Made by a program: the position numbers and the translations under genes. The notes beneath the pieces are model-generated. The model saw nothing but the letters and a program-made list of their open reading frames with translations. It was not told the DNA's origin and searched no databases. From Gemmatimonadota bacterium (GTDB lineage Bacteria > Gemmatimonadota > Gemmatimonadetes > Gemmatimonadales > GWC2-71-9), in contig QHUU01000067.1 of NCBI GenBank assembly GCA_003222155.1, positions 38,297 through 102,296 on the forward strand: a DNA stretch of 64,000 nt, in the 5' to 3' direction. This document shows positions 9,625 through 19,481 of the stretch, piece by piece. How positions within the stretch are numbered: position 1 is the first letter of the stretch; the number at the start of each line of letters is the position of its first letter.

Positions 9625-9798
9625 CTGGCGTTCTCGCTCCTTGGGGGACAACGTAGCATATGACGATACAATACGCCCGGTCGGGACCGCGGGCAAAGTC
9701 AGGCAGCGCGGTTACTTGACGGGCCGTGCCGTTTGTCGCATATGTAAGGCGCGCCCCCCACGATTCAGCGGATACTTTCTTGTGACCGGCGGCCGTGT

Positions 9799-10944
9799 GT
9801 GCGGGTGGGAGTCTCCGTGACGCAACGGGAGCCGTTCGTCGAAGGTCGACGCGAGATCCTGCGCCAGGCGAGCGTCGCCCTCGGGGGCCGCCCCGTCACC
9901 GTGTGGGAGGTCTCGGCCCGCGCCGAGCTCGAGCCGCAAGCGTCGAGCGACCCCGCCCCAACGCACCACACCACCAAACTGGACGTCGACGCGACACTGC
10001 GGCGCTGGAACATCGCCATCGTGCAGGGCAGCCGCTGGGTCGGATGTATGACCGGCACGAACGGCTTCTGGGTGGTCGCGCCGGTCCGGACCAAGCCCCC
10101 CGCGCCGCCTCCCGACGGGCGGGAGCGGCGCAGCCGCGAGCGCCTCACGCTCGAGCTCGCCGGCCTCTGCCTCGGCCTGCTCGACCGGCGCGAGCCCGCG
10201 CCCGGCCATGCGCCGCCACGGCCCGACCCGCTCCAGGACATCACCACGCTCCCGGGCATCATCGCACACGAGCTCTCCAACCCGCTCACGGCGGCCCGCG
10301 CCGGGCTGCAGCTCGCCATGGAATCGCTGGGTCGCTGGACCGAGGTCGCGGCGGGTCGCCGCCTCGAGCTGCTCGACGAGCTGGGTCAGGTGGTCGAGGA
10401 CATCGACCGGTCGGTCAGCTTCCTGCGCGCCGTCAAGGACCGAGCGCGGGGCGCCCTGGCGCGCTCCGAGCGATTCGACGCCGTCCGCGTGGTCCGCTCC
10501 TGCTGCACGCTCGAGAGCCGGGTGTTGAAGGAGAAGAAGATCCCGCTCGAGTTCGACTCCACGCTCGAGACCGTGTATCTAAAGGGTGACCCCAACGCCC
10601 TGTACGACCTGCTCGTGAATCTGATCCGCAACGCCGCCGATGCGAGCGCGGCGCAGCCCGCGCCCATCCGCGTGGGGCTGGTCCAGGAGGCCAGCTCGCT
10701 GCGGCTCACGGTTGAGGACCGCGGCGCCGGCATCCGCCCGCAGGACCTCGAGCGCATCTTCGAGCCCGGCTACACCACCAAGGAATTCGGGGAAGGGAGC
10801 GGCATGGGGTTGGTGGTGGTGCAGAGCGTGGTCCGCAACATGTTCGCCGGCAGTATCGCGGTCGATTCGAAGGTCGGCGCTGGAACGACCGTCGCCGTCA
10901 CGCTGCCGATTCCGCCGCAGCGGTCGGTCGATCCGCAACCGTGA
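9799..10944 (+). CDS. Cytoplasmic sensor histidine kinase
   Basis: AHELSNPL; NLIRNAADA; DRGAGI; FEPGYTTK; GSGMGL. Confidence 0.88.
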   Translation: MRVGVSVTQREPFVEGRREILRQASVALGGRPVTVWEVSARAELEPQASSDPAPTHHTTKLDVDATLRRWNIAIVQGSRWVGCMTGTNGFWVVAPVRTKPPAPPPDGRERRSRERLTLELAGLCLGLLDRREPAPGHAPPRPDPLQDITTLPGIIAHELSNPLTAARAGLQLAMESLGRWTEVAAGRRLELLDELGQVVEDIDRSVSFLRAVKDRARGALARSERFDAVRVVRSCCTLESRVLKEKKIPLEFDSTLETVYLKGDPNALYDLLVNLIRNAADASAAQPAPIRVGLVQEASSLRLTVEDRGAGIRPQDLERIFEPGYTTKEFGEGSGMGLVVVQSVVRNMFAGSIAVDSKVGAGTTVAVTLPIPPQRSVDPQP

Positions 10945-12491
10945 GCCGCTCCTCCCTCGTGGCGTCGGCTGCCGCCTGCGTCGCGCTGTTCGCCCATCCC
11001 GCTTCCGCCACCGGTCAAGACCTCGCCGTCGACACCGCGGGAGCGGCGGCGTTGATCGATCAGGCGCTGAGCCACTCCGCCGTGATGGCGAACCTCCAGT
11101 ACCTCACGGACGTGATCGGCCCGCGACTCACAGGCTCGCCCGCCGCGCGCCGCGCCAACGAGTGGACCCTCGAGCGCTTCAAGGCGTACGGCCTGGACGG
11201 CCACGTCGAGGCCTGGAAGTTCGGGGGCACGTGGACGCGGGGGTCGATCCGCGTGCGCCTGACGGCGCCCCGGTCGCACGACGTCACGGCGGCGAGCTGG
11301 GCGTGGGCGCCGGGCACGGGCGGCGTCACCGTCACAGGACCGGTGGTACGCATCGACGCCAGCACGCCGGACAGCTTCGCGCTCTACCGTCGCCGCGTGA
11401 AGGGCGCGTGGGCCATGACCCGCGTGCCATCGCTCGTGTGGAACAACGACGGCCCGCCCATGACCGCCGCCGATTCGGCGCGCCAGCGCGATTTCTTCCG
11501 CAGCGTGTTCACCCCGTTCCGTGACGCGGATTCGTCCACCCGGGCCCGTATGCAGCAGTTCGCGAACGACGTCCCCTACCTGCTGCGCCGCGCCGGTGCG
11601 CTCGGCATTCTGGTCGACGCCGGAAAGGAGCACGCGCTGCTGAACATGAGCGGTTCGCCCAACCGGCCCCTGCCCCTGCCGCAGCTCGCCGTGGCGCACG
11701 AAGACTTCGCGCTGTTCGACCGGCTGCTCGGGGCGGGGACCACGCCGCGACTCGCCGTGACCATCACGAACACGCTGACCCGCGACTCGGTCCCGCAGTG
11801 GAACACGGTCGCCGAGATTCCCGGCAGCGAACACCCGGGCCAGGTCGTGATCGTCGGCGCGCACCTCGACTCGTGGGATCTGGGCACGGGCGCGACCGAC
11901 AACGGCACCGGCGCCATGTGCACGCTCGAGACGGCGCGCGCCATCGCGCAGTCGGGTCTCAAGCCGAAGCGCACGATCCGCTTCGTGCTGTTCACCGGTG
12001 AGGAGCAGGGACTCATCGGGTCCCGCAAGTATGCGGAAGCCCACGCCGGCGAAATGGACTCGATCCAGGCCGTGATCGTGCTCGACAACGGCACCGGTGC
12101 CATCACCGGCCAGGCGCTGCAGGGCCGTACCGACCTCGAGGCTCTGTGGCGCGCCATCCTCGCCCCCGTCGCCGGTCTCGGCGCCGACTCCGTGGTGAAT
12201 CGCACCAAGGGCGGGACCGACCACCTCTCGTTCCTGCCGTACGGCGTCCCCGGCTTCAACTTCAATCAGCTGGAGCGCGGTTACAACCACACGCACCACT
12301 CCCAGTCCGATACCTACGGCATGGCGATCCCGGCGGACCTGATGCAGGCGTCGGCGGTCATGGCGGTGTCGGCATTCGAGCTCGCCAACCTCCCCGGCAT
12401 GATTCCGCGAGGCGAGCGCTCTGCGCCGACGCCCGTGCAGGCCGTGAAGATCAGCGACAGCCTGGTCGTGACAGGCAGAGGATCCAACTAG
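10941..12491 (+). CDS. M28 family secreted peptidase (carboxypeptidase Q-like)
   Basis: Signal peptide; IGPRLTGS; GAHLDSWD; GATDNG; GEEQGL; HHSQSD. Confidence 0.9.
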   Translation: MSRSSLVASAAACVALFAHPASATGQDLAVDTAGAAALIDQALSHSAVMANLQYLTDVIGPRLTGSPAARRANEWTLERFKAYGLDGHVEAWKFGGTWTRGSIRVRLTAPRSHDVTAASWAWAPGTGGVTVTGPVVRIDASTPDSFALYRRRVKGAWAMTRVPSLVWNNDGPPMTAADSARQRDFFRSVFTPFRDADSSTRARMQQFANDVPYLLRRAGALGILVDAGKEHALLNMSGSPNRPLPLPQLAVAHEDFALFDRLLGAGTTPRLAVTITNTLTRDSVPQWNTVAEIPGSEHPGQVVIVGAHLDSWDLGTGATDNGTGAMCTLETARAIAQSGLKPKRTIRFVLFTGEEQGLIGSRKYAEAHAGEMDSIQAVIVLDNGTGAITGQALQGRTDLEALWRAILAPVAGLGADSVVNRTKGGTDHLSFLPYGVPGFNFNQLERGYNHTHHSQSDTYGMAIPADLMQASAVMAVSAFELANLPGMIPRGERSAPTPVQAVKISDSLVVTGRGSN

Positions 12492-12964
12492 CCTTCGGCC
12501 AGCAGCGTTTCGAGATTCAGCGGCTTCGTGTGCATCGCCAGCGTCCCGTCGGACGCTCGAGGCCATTCAGGCTCCGGCCGGTCCCGATACAGCTCGACGC
12601 CGTTCCCATCCGGGTCGCGCAGATAAATCGCCTCGCTCACGCCGTGATCGGCCGACCCCTCGAGCGGGACGCGCGCCTCGAGCAGGCGGCGCACGGCCGC
12701 CGCGAGCGCCTTGCGATCCGGATAGAGAATCGCGAAGTGGTATAGGCCGGTCGTGCCCGGGGGCGGTGGCGGCGCGCCGCGCCCGGCCCACGTATTGAGC
12801 CCGATATGGTGGTGATAGCCCCCGGCCGAGACGAAGACGGCATCCGAGCCGTATCGCGTGGTCACCTCGAAGCCCAGCACGTCCCGGTAGAATCGCAGCG
12901 AGCGGTCCAGGTCCGCCACGGTCAGGTGGACGTGCCCGATGCGGGTCGCCGGATGGATCGTCAT
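12488..12964 (-). CDS. VOC/glyoxalase family protein (CatE-like)
   Basis: IGHVHL; GGYHHHIGLNTW; GLYHFA; DHGVSEAIYLRDPDGNGVELY. Confidence 0.9.
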   Translation of the reverse strand: MTIHPATRIGHVHLTVADLDRSLRFYRDVLGFEVTTRYGSDAVFVSAGGYHHHIGLNTWAGRGAPPPPPGTTGLYHFAILYPDRKALAAAVRRLLEARVPLEGSADHGVSEAIYLRDPDGNGVELYRDRPEPEWPRASDGTLAMHTKPLNLETLLAEG

Positions 12965-13008
12965 CTTGCCCTCTGAACGTTGGCCGGTTCCCGTTGTATT
13001 TTTCCGTC

Positions 13009-14637
13009 ATGAACGCCATCCCGAGAATCCCACCGCCCGTCAACGAACCCGTCCTGAGCCACGCCCCCTCCACGCCGGAGCGGGTCGAGCTCAAGAAAGC
13101 CCTCAAGGACCTGTCGACACGTCAGGCCGACATTCCGCTCGTCATCGGGGGCAAGGACGTCCGCACCGGCACGACGGTCGACGTCGTCATGCCCCACTGC
13201 CATCACCACGTCCTCGCGAAGGTGCAGCAGGCGAGGCCCGGCGAAGTGCAGGCGGCGATCGCCGCGGCGCGCGACGCCTGGCGCGACTGGTCGGCGTGGG
13301 GATTCGAGCGGCGGGCGGCCGTGTTTCTCAAGGCCGCGGATCTGCTCGCGACGCGCTACCGTCCGATCGTCAATGCCGCCACCATGCTGGGCCAATCGAA
13401 GACGGCCCACCAGGCGGAGATCGACGCGGCGTGCGAGCTGATCGACTTCTTCCGCTTCAACGTGCACTTTGCCGAGCGCATCTACGCGGAGCAGCCCCTC
13501 TCCGCGCCGGGCACCTGGAACTACCTCGATCACCGTCCGCTCGAGGGGTTCGTCTACGCCATCACGCCGTTCAACTTCACGTCGATCGGCGGCAACCTCC
13601 CGACCGCTCCCGCCATCATGGGAAACACCGTCGTGTGGAAGCCCGCGGCCACGGCGGTGCTCTCGAACTACTTCATCCTGAGACTGCTCGAGGAGGCGGG
13701 GCTCCCCCCCGGCGTGATCAACTTCATCCCCGGGCCGTCGGCGCAGGTGTCGGAGCGCGCCCTCGCCGACCGCGCGTTCGCCGGGATCCATTTCACGGGC
13801 TCGACCGAGGTGTTCCAGGCGCTGTGGAAGCAGGCCGCGGCGAACCTCACATCCTACGCGGCCTACCCCCGCCTGGTCGGCGAGACCGGCGGCAAGGACT
13901 TCATCCTGGCACACGCGAGCGCGGACGGGGACGCGCTGGCGACCGGCATGATACGGGGCGCCTTCGAGTACCAGGGTCAAAAGTGCAGCGCCGCCTCACG
14001 GGCGTACGTGCCCGCTTCCCTCTGGCCCAAGGTCCGGGATCGCATGCTCGAAATGCTCGCCGATGTGAAGGTGGGCGACCCGGCCGACTTCCGGAACTTC
14101 ATGGGGGCGGTGATCGATCGGAAGGCGTTCGACAAGATCAAGGCGTACATCGATGCCGCGAAGCAGGCGCCGGGGGTCAAGGTGCTGTTCGGCGGCGGCG
14201 CCCGGGACACCGACGGCTACTTCATCGAGCCCACGCTGCTGCAGGTGGACGACCCGGGATACCGGACGATGTGCGAGGAGATCTTCGGGCCGGTCCTGTC
14301 GGTCCATGTGTACCCCGACGCACGCTGGACGGAGACGCTGCGCACCGTGGACGAGACGTCGCCGTACGCGCTCACAGGGGGGGTGTTCGCGCAGGATCGG
14401 CGCGCCGTGGACCAGGCACAGCAGGCGCTCCGCTACGCGGCCGGGAACTTCTATGTGAACGACAAGCCGACCGGCGCCGTGGTCGGCCAGCAGCCGTTCG
14501 GAGGAGCGCGCGCCAGCGGCACCAACGACAAGGCCGGGAGTTTGCTCAACCTCGTGCGCTGGGTCAGCCCGCGGGCCGTGAAAGAGAACTTCCTGCCGCC
14601 TCGGAGCTTTACCTACCCCTTCATGGCCGAGTCGTGA
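13009..14637 (+). CDS. pruA: L-glutamate gamma-semialdehyde (P5C) dehydrogenase
   Basis: ITPFNFT; FTGS; GETGGK; YQGQKCSA; EEIFGP; FGGARASGTNDK. Confidence 0.95.
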   Translation: MNAIPRIPPPVNEPVLSHAPSTPERVELKKALKDLSTRQADIPLVIGGKDVRTGTTVDVVMPHCHHHVLAKVQQARPGEVQAAIAAARDAWRDWSAWGFERRAAVFLKAADLLATRYRPIVNAATMLGQSKTAHQAEIDAACELIDFFRFNVHFAERIYAEQPLSAPGTWNYLDHRPLEGFVYAITPFNFTSIGGNLPTAPAIMGNTVVWKPAATAVLSNYFILRLLEEAGLPPGVINFIPGPSAQVSERALADRAFAGIHFTGSTEVFQALWKQAAANLTSYAAYPRLVGETGGKDFILAHASADGDALATGMIRGAFEYQGQKCSAASRAYVPASLWPKVRDRMLEMLADVKVGDPADFRNFMGAVIDRKAFDKIKAYIDAAKQAPGVKVLFGGGARDTDGYFIEPTLLQVDDPGYRTMCEEIFGPVLSVHVYPDARWTETLRTVDETSPYALTGGVFAQDRRAVDQAQQALRYAAGNFYVNDKPTGAVVGQQPFGGARASGTNDKAGSLLNLVRWVSPRAVKENFLPPRSFTYPFMAES

Positions 14638-15230
14638 TCGCCGGGGGCGCCCGCCCGCCCATCCTCGTGCTGGCGATGGGGGGCGCCTTCGTGTTGCTCG
14701 TGATCGCCCTCCTGATCGGCTCCCTCACACGGCCGGAGTTCCCACCGTACGCTGTCACGGCGCCGCACGCCGCAAGCGTGGGCGACTCGCTGGTCGGACC
14801 GGCGACCTACACCGTGGACGCCGCCGCCACCGATCGCTGGCGTCGCTTCGACTTCGGGCGCAACGCCGCCGTGGACTCCGGCCCCTGGGACATCGCCTTC
14901 CGCCGCTTCCACGTGATTGCCGCACCCGGGGGGGGCGTCGTCGACCTCGGTGCCGTGCCGTTCGACTCCGTGCGTGAGCTGCCCGTCGCCGGCTACGTCG
15001 AGAACACCGCGGTGCCGGATACCACAAATCCCGGGGTGGGGAAGTGGTACGCCTACAGCATGCTCAGTCACCTGTTGATGTCGAAGCATCACGTGTACGG
15101 GGTACGCACCGCAGGCGGGAGATACGCCAAGCTCGAGCTGCTCGCCTACTACTGTCGGGACGCCGGCACGGCGTGCGTCACCTTCCGCTACGCCTACCAG
15201 GGGGACGGGACCCCGCGCGTCGCCCGCTAG
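14634..15230 (+). CDS. HmuY-like heme-binding protein
   Basis: N-terminal TM helix; WDIAFRR; KWYAY; VYGVRTAGGRYAKLELLAYY...TFRY. Confidence 0.75.
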   Translation: MIAGGARPPILVLAMGGAFVLLVIALLIGSLTRPEFPPYAVTAPHAASVGDSLVGPATYTVDAAATDRWRRFDFGRNAAVDSGPWDIAFRRFHVIAAPGGGVVDLGAVPFDSVRELPVAGYVENTAVPDTTNPGVGKWYAYSMLSHLLMSKHHVYGVRTAGGRYAKLELLAYYCRDAGTACVTFRYAYQGDGTPRVAR

Positions 15231-15235
15231 CGACA

Positions 15236-15263
15236 AGCCCCCGGCCGCGCTCGGCCGGGGGCT
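15236..15263. terminator. Hairpin between convergent genes
   Basis: AGCCCCCGGCCG-cgct-CGGCCGGGGGCT, 12-bp stem. Confidence 0.65.
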
Positions 15264-15288
15264 CGCGTGGTCGGTTGCCTGCGCACGA

Positions 15289-15465
15289 TCACTTGGGCGG
15301 CAGAATCTTGAACATCCCCGTACCGCACACCGGACACACGCCCTTCAAGGCCGGCCTGCCGTTGGCCATCTTCACCTGTTGGGCGTTGGAGATCTTCCGC
15401 TTGGCCTTGCATTTCACACAGTAGCCCTCATCCGCAGCCATCGGGGCCTTTCCAGCCTTCGCCAT
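15289..15465 (-). CDS. Small basic zinc-ribbon protein (DUF5679-like), 58 aa
   Basis: Manual translation MAKAGKAPMAADEGYCVKCKAKRKISNAQQVKMANGRPALKGVCPVCGTGMFKILPPK; GGAGG RBS; below the ORF-track length cut-off. Confidence 0.85.
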   Translation of the reverse strand: MAKAGKAPMAADEGYCVKCKAKRKISNAQQVKMANGRPALKGVCPVCGTGMFKILPPK

Positions 15466-15577
15466 TGCGTTCCTCCGTTCGGGGGCAGGGGCAGGGGGAT
15501 GGGGTGCATGGGGTGGGGGTCAGAGGAGGCTCCCCCGGGTCACCCCCCCGGGACGGTGACAACATAATACGCTGTGC

Positions 15578-15820
15578 TCAAATCGTGGGAGCGGAGGTAG
15601 CTGGGGGGGTGTCGGAGAAGCCATTCCGCTTGTGAGTTCCATCACAAAACGGCTTTGTGGCGGAGCCGCCACATCTGCACAGCACAACGACTTCCGCCGG
15701 TTTGCCGTCCTTGCGGGGGGGCACGGCCAACTCTCGGCCGTCGGGGGTCACGATGCGCACCGGGCCCTGGACCACGAGTGGTCCATTGGCCTTGGGCGTG
15801 ATGGTGGGAATGTCAGTCAC
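15578..15820 (-). CDS. CDGSH iron-sulfur domain protein
   Basis: NGPLVV...LCRCGGSATKPFCDGTH; TATAAT 5 nt before the GTG. Confidence 0.88.
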   Translation of the reverse strand: MTDIPTITPKANGPLVVQGPVRIVTPDGRELAVPPRKDGKPAEVVVLCRCGGSATKPFCDGTHKRNGFSDTPPATSAPTI

Positions 15821-15869
15821 CCCCAATTATACCCCCCCCGCCGGCGTGAACGAAACGCCACCTTGCGGC

Positions 15870-16028
15870 GTACCTATCAGTGCGTTTAACGTAACTGCTC
15901 AAACTGCACGATTCGCGGCCTGGTAAGGACCGTCGCGTCGGAGGGAGGGACCGCACGCCCGAACTCCGCCGGTGGCGCCCCCAGGCCGTTTTTCGTGCGT
16001 GGGAACGGCGCCACACGTGGCAGGGTAT
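15870..16028. ncRNA. Candidate rod-shaped structured RNA (family unassigned)
   Basis: Nested pairings GCACGA/TCGTGC, CGGCCTGG/CCAGGCCG, CGGAG/CTCCG and TACCT/GGGTA in an intergenic gap. Confidence 0.35.
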
Positions 16029-16043
16029 CTCAAGCCGCTCTTC

Positions 16044-17573
16044 ATGCGAACCTCGAAGTCCTTCTGCGTAGCGCTGCTCGCGGCTGCCTGCGTTTCGGAG
16101 CACGGACCGCTCACGAACCGCATGGCGCAGTCGGCGACGCCCTACCTCGCCCGTGCGGCGCATCAGCCGGTGAGCTGGCAGCAGTGGGGACGTGATGCGT
16201 TCGCGCTCGCGGCGCGGCTCAACCGGCCGATCCTGCTGTACGTCGGTGCCGACGATTGCCGCTGGTGCGGCGTAATGGACCTCGAGGTGTATGGCGACGC
16301 CGTCCTGGGCGCGATGATCGATTCCCTGGTCGTGCCCGTGCGGGTGGATCGCGACGAGCGACCGGATGTGGCACAGCGCTACGCCAAGGCCGTGCAGCTG
16401 CTCGCCGGCCTGCGCGGCTATCCTCTCACTGTCTTCCTGACGCCCGACGGATCGGCGTTTTTCGGCGGCACGTATTTCCCGCTCGACGATCCCGTCACGG
16501 GCCGTGGTCTGAAGCAGCTGCTCCCCGAGGTCGCGCGCAGCTACCGCGAGCAACGCCCGTCGATCCTGCGGCGCGCGGCGCTGGTGCAGCGTCTCGCCGT
16601 GGGCCGGTCGGCGCCGGGTCGCGGGGCGCTCAAGGCCGCCGGGGTCGAGCGCGAGGTCGAAGCGGTGCGCGGCGCAGTCGGGGCGGCCGTCCGGGCACGC
16701 GAGAGCGTCGCGAGCGTTCGCTACGCCCAGGCTGCGGATTTGCTGCTCACCGTCTTCGCCCGCACGCGCGACTCCGCGTACTTGAGGCCCGCCCTCGCCG
16801 TGCTCGACTATATGGTCGATTCGGGTGACGCCGCGGTGGCCGCCGGCGCCCGGGACGATCCGCCCGAGCTCGTGCGGGCCGGACTGCTGCGCGATCTGGC
16901 CGCGGCGTGGTCGGCATCGAACGACCCGCGCTACCGCGACGCCGCGCGCGTGCTCGCCCAACGGCTCGCGGGTGACGTAGGCCGGGCGAGCGACCGCACC
17001 GTCTTCGCCGATCGCGACGCCTACGTGATCGGTTCCATCCTCGACGGGGGCGCGACCATGGAGGATCAGGCGGCGGTGGGGCGCGGGCAGGCGGCGCTCG
17101 ACAGCCTGCTGCGGCGTGTCTATGCTCCGCGCCGCCCCGTGCGGCACGTCGCGGGGCCGAGCTCCGCGCCGCGCGCCTTGCTGCAGGATCAGGTCCAGGT
17201 CGTGTGGGCCTGCCTTGCGGCGCATCGCGCCACCGGCGAGGCGCGCTACCTCACGGTGGCCCAAGACCTGGCTGCAGTCCTGCAGCGCGACTTCGCGGAC
17301 TCGGGCGCGGGCGGCTACTTCGACGCCGCGGCGACCGACGCGGCCGCTGCCGCTCTCGCGGAGCGCGCCAAGCCCGTGCTCGACGACCTGATGCCGGGAG
17401 CGAACGCTTCCGCGGCGCGCGCCTTGCTGCGGCTCGCCCGCGTGACCGGGGATCCGCAATACCGCCGGCGTGCCGAGGCTACACTCGTGACGTTCGCGGG
17501 CGCGGTGGCGGGGGAGGGGCTGCAAGCATCCACCTATCTCGCGGCGGTGCAGGACTACCTGCGGGACCGCTGA
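16044..17573 (+). CDS. Thioredoxin/DUF255 plus glycosidase-like domain protein (YyaL-like), lipoprotein
   Basis: LAAAC lipobox; NRMAQSATPYL; CRWC; VDRDERPD; GYPLTVFLTPDG. Confidence 0.85.
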   Translation: MRTSKSFCVALLAAACVSEHGPLTNRMAQSATPYLARAAHQPVSWQQWGRDAFALAARLNRPILLYVGADDCRWCGVMDLEVYGDAVLGAMIDSLVVPVRVDRDERPDVAQRYAKAVQLLAGLRGYPLTVFLTPDGSAFFGGTYFPLDDPVTGRGLKQLLPEVARSYREQRPSILRRAALVQRLAVGRSAPGRGALKAAGVEREVEAVRGAVGAAVRARESVASVRYAQAADLLLTVFARTRDSAYLRPALAVLDYMVDSGDAAVAAGARDDPPELVRAGLLRDLAAAWSASNDPRYRDAARVLAQRLAGDVGRASDRTVFADRDAYVIGSILDGGATMEDQAAVGRGQAALDSLLRRVYAPRRPVRHVAGPSSAPRALLQDQVQVVWACLAAHRATGEARYLTVAQDLAAVLQRDFADSGAGGYFDAAATDAAAAALAERAKPVLDDLMPGANASAARALLRLARVTGDPQYRRRAEATLVTFAGAVAGEGLQASTYLAAVQDYLRDR

Positions 17574-17671
17574 TCCGGTTTCCTTCCGCAACACTCCAGG
17601 GCCGTTTCCCGCCGCTGGCGCCTGCCGCCGCGCCGGTGCTAGCGTGACGCCCTGATCTCCATGCAGGTCGT

Positions 17672-18220
17672 ATGGATGTAACGGGGGCCTCCTCCGACGC
17701 GGAGGTGGTGGCTCGTGTGCTCGGCGGCGACCGCGAGGCGTTCGGCCTCGTCGTGCGTCGCTACGAGGCCGGTTTGCTGCGGTTCGCCGCCCGCATGCTG
17801 GGCAGCCGCGACGCCGCCGCGGATGCGGTGGCGGAGAGCTTCGTTCGGGCGTATCGCCACCTCGCGAGTTGCCGGGAGCCGACGCGGCTGCGCACCTGGT
17901 TGTATCGCATCGTGGCGAACCGGTGCAAGAGCCATCTGGCGCGGCGCCCGATCGCCGACGTCTCGCTGGACGAGGCGCCTCCCGTGGCCGATCCGTCGGA
18001 CACGGAGGTCGCCCTCGAGCGCGCCGAGCAGCTCGCGCTGGTGCGACGCGCCCTGGTGCGGCTGTCGCCCGAGAAGCGCGAGGCGTTCCTGTTGAAACAC
18101 GTGGAGGGGCTGAGCTACGAGGAGATGGCGGCGGTGACGGGGGAGCGGATTCCAACGCTCAAGATGCGCGTGCACCGCGCTCGGGAGGCGCTGCTGCAGG
18201 TGCTGGAGGACCACGAATGA
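17672..18220 (+). CDS. ECF RNA polymerase sigma factor
   Basis: GDREAF; WLYRIVAN; GLSYEEMA...TLKMRVHRAR. Confidence 0.92.
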   Translation: MDVTGASSDAEVVARVLGGDREAFGLVVRRYEAGLLRFAARMLGSRDAAADAVAESFVRAYRHLASCREPTRLRTWLYRIVANRCKSHLARRPIADVSLDEAPPVADPSDTEVALERAEQLALVRRALVRLSPEKREAFLLKHVEGLSYEEMAAVTGERIPTLKMRVHRAREALLQVLEDHE

Positions 18221-18825
18221 ACGCGATCGATCCGAGGATACATCAAGTGCTCGACGGGGAGCTGGCGCCGGGGGCCCTGTCGACCGAACTGCGTCGGTCG
18301 GTGGAGCGGCTCGTGACGGCCGTCGCCCTGCTCGCCGCGCCGCTGCCGCTCCCGAGCCTCGAGCCGCGGGTGATGGCGCTGATCCGCCGCCCCGTACCAT
18401 CGCGCGCGCGCCGTCTGCTGCGCTGGCTTGCGACGCCGCGCTCGGTCACCTTCCGGGTCCGCCCCGTCTGGAGTCTGGCGTTCGCGGCCGTGGTGGCCAT
18501 GCTGACGCTCGTCCCCATCGGGCACGAGGGCCCCGATATCGGCGAGCACGAGGGCATCGCCCAGTTCGTGGGCCGCTTTCCCGGGGCGCAGTCGGTGCAC
18601 GTGGTCGGCTCCTTCAATGACTGGCGTCCCGGCTCGATCGCGCTCGAGGACGTCGACCAGGACGGCCTCTGGCGTGCGACCGTCGTGCTCCCCACCGGGG
18701 CCTACGAGTACATGTTCGTCGTGGACGGTGAGCGCTGGGTCCCGGACCACCTCGCCGAGCGCCTGGTGTCGGACGAATTCGGGCGCGAGAACTCCATCGT
18801 GATCGTGCGGCCGGCGCGGCGATGA
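18217..18825 (+). CDS. Putative membrane anti-sigma factor with a C-terminal CBM48/AMPK glycogen-binding domain
   Basis: VLDGEL N-terminus; one TM helix; SVHVVGSFNDW...YEYMFVVDGERWVPD. Confidence 0.8.
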   Translation: MNAIDPRIHQVLDGELAPGALSTELRRSVERLVTAVALLAAPLPLPSLEPRVMALIRRPVPSRARRLLRWLATPRSVTFRVRPVWSLAFAAVVAMLTLVPIGHEGPDIGEHEGIAQFVGRFPGAQSVHVVGSFNDWRPGSIALEDVDQDGLWRATVVLPTGAYEYMFVVDGERWVPDHLAERLVSDEFGRENSIVIVRPARR

Positions 18826-19481
18826 GGCTCTGGCTCGGCTTGGCGCTCCTCGCGGGGCCCCTCGCCGCCCAATCGGCCCGGGCGCGGCTGGAAGGCCGGG
18901 TTCCGGGCGCGGCGGTTCCCGCGCTCGACTCCCTGGTCCAGCAGGCGGTCGCGGAAGGGCTGCCGACCGAGCCGCTGATACAGAAAGCCCTGGAGGGGGG
19001 GGCGAAGCAGGTCACGGCGCCCCGCATCGTCGCAGCCGTGCAGCTCAGCCTGGGCCAGTTGCGCGCTGCGCGCGACCTCTTGATCCGTGCCGGTGACGAG
19101 CCGCCGGTGACGCCTGGGGAGGTGACGACCGTGGCGTGGGCACTGCGGCGCGACCTGCCCGCCCCGGTGGTGGAGCGGGTGGTCGCCGCGCTGCCGCGTC
19201 CGCCGCGAGCGTCGGCGATGCACGCCGTCGCCGATCTTGCCGCGCATCGTTTCGACCCGGACTCCGCCGCCGACTTGATCATCGCGGCCATCGGTCGGGG
19301 GCTCGTGCGCGAGCGGCTGCTCGACGTGTCCGCCGCCGCGGCGCATGAGCTGCAGCGCGGGCACACCCATGCCGAAGCGCTCGCGCTGGTGCGCCAGGCG
19401 CTCCCCAACGTGCCCGCGTCCCCGAAACCCACGCGCAGCGCGGTGGCTCGAGCCCGCCGGCCGGCAGCCCCACCGCCGTAG
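18822..19481 (+). CDS. Hypothetical secreted helical protein
   Basis: Signal peptide; ATGA overlap; GLPTEPLIQKALEG. Confidence 0.7.
   Translation: MRLWLGLALLAGPLAAQSARARLEGRVPGAAVPALDSLVQQAVAEGLPTEPLIQKALEGGAKQVTAPRIVAAVQLSLGQLRAARDLLIRAGDEPPVTPGEVTTVAWALRRDLPAPVVERVVAALPRPPRASAMHAVADLAAHRFDPDSAADLIIAAIGRGLVRERLLDVSAAAAHELQRGHTHAEALALVRQALPNVPASPKPTRSAVARARRPAAPPP

Noticed and set aside
14928..14935. G8 tracts (also 33425-33432) as phase-variation sites
   Set aside because: Short for this GC content; the frame is intact or the tract is intergenic
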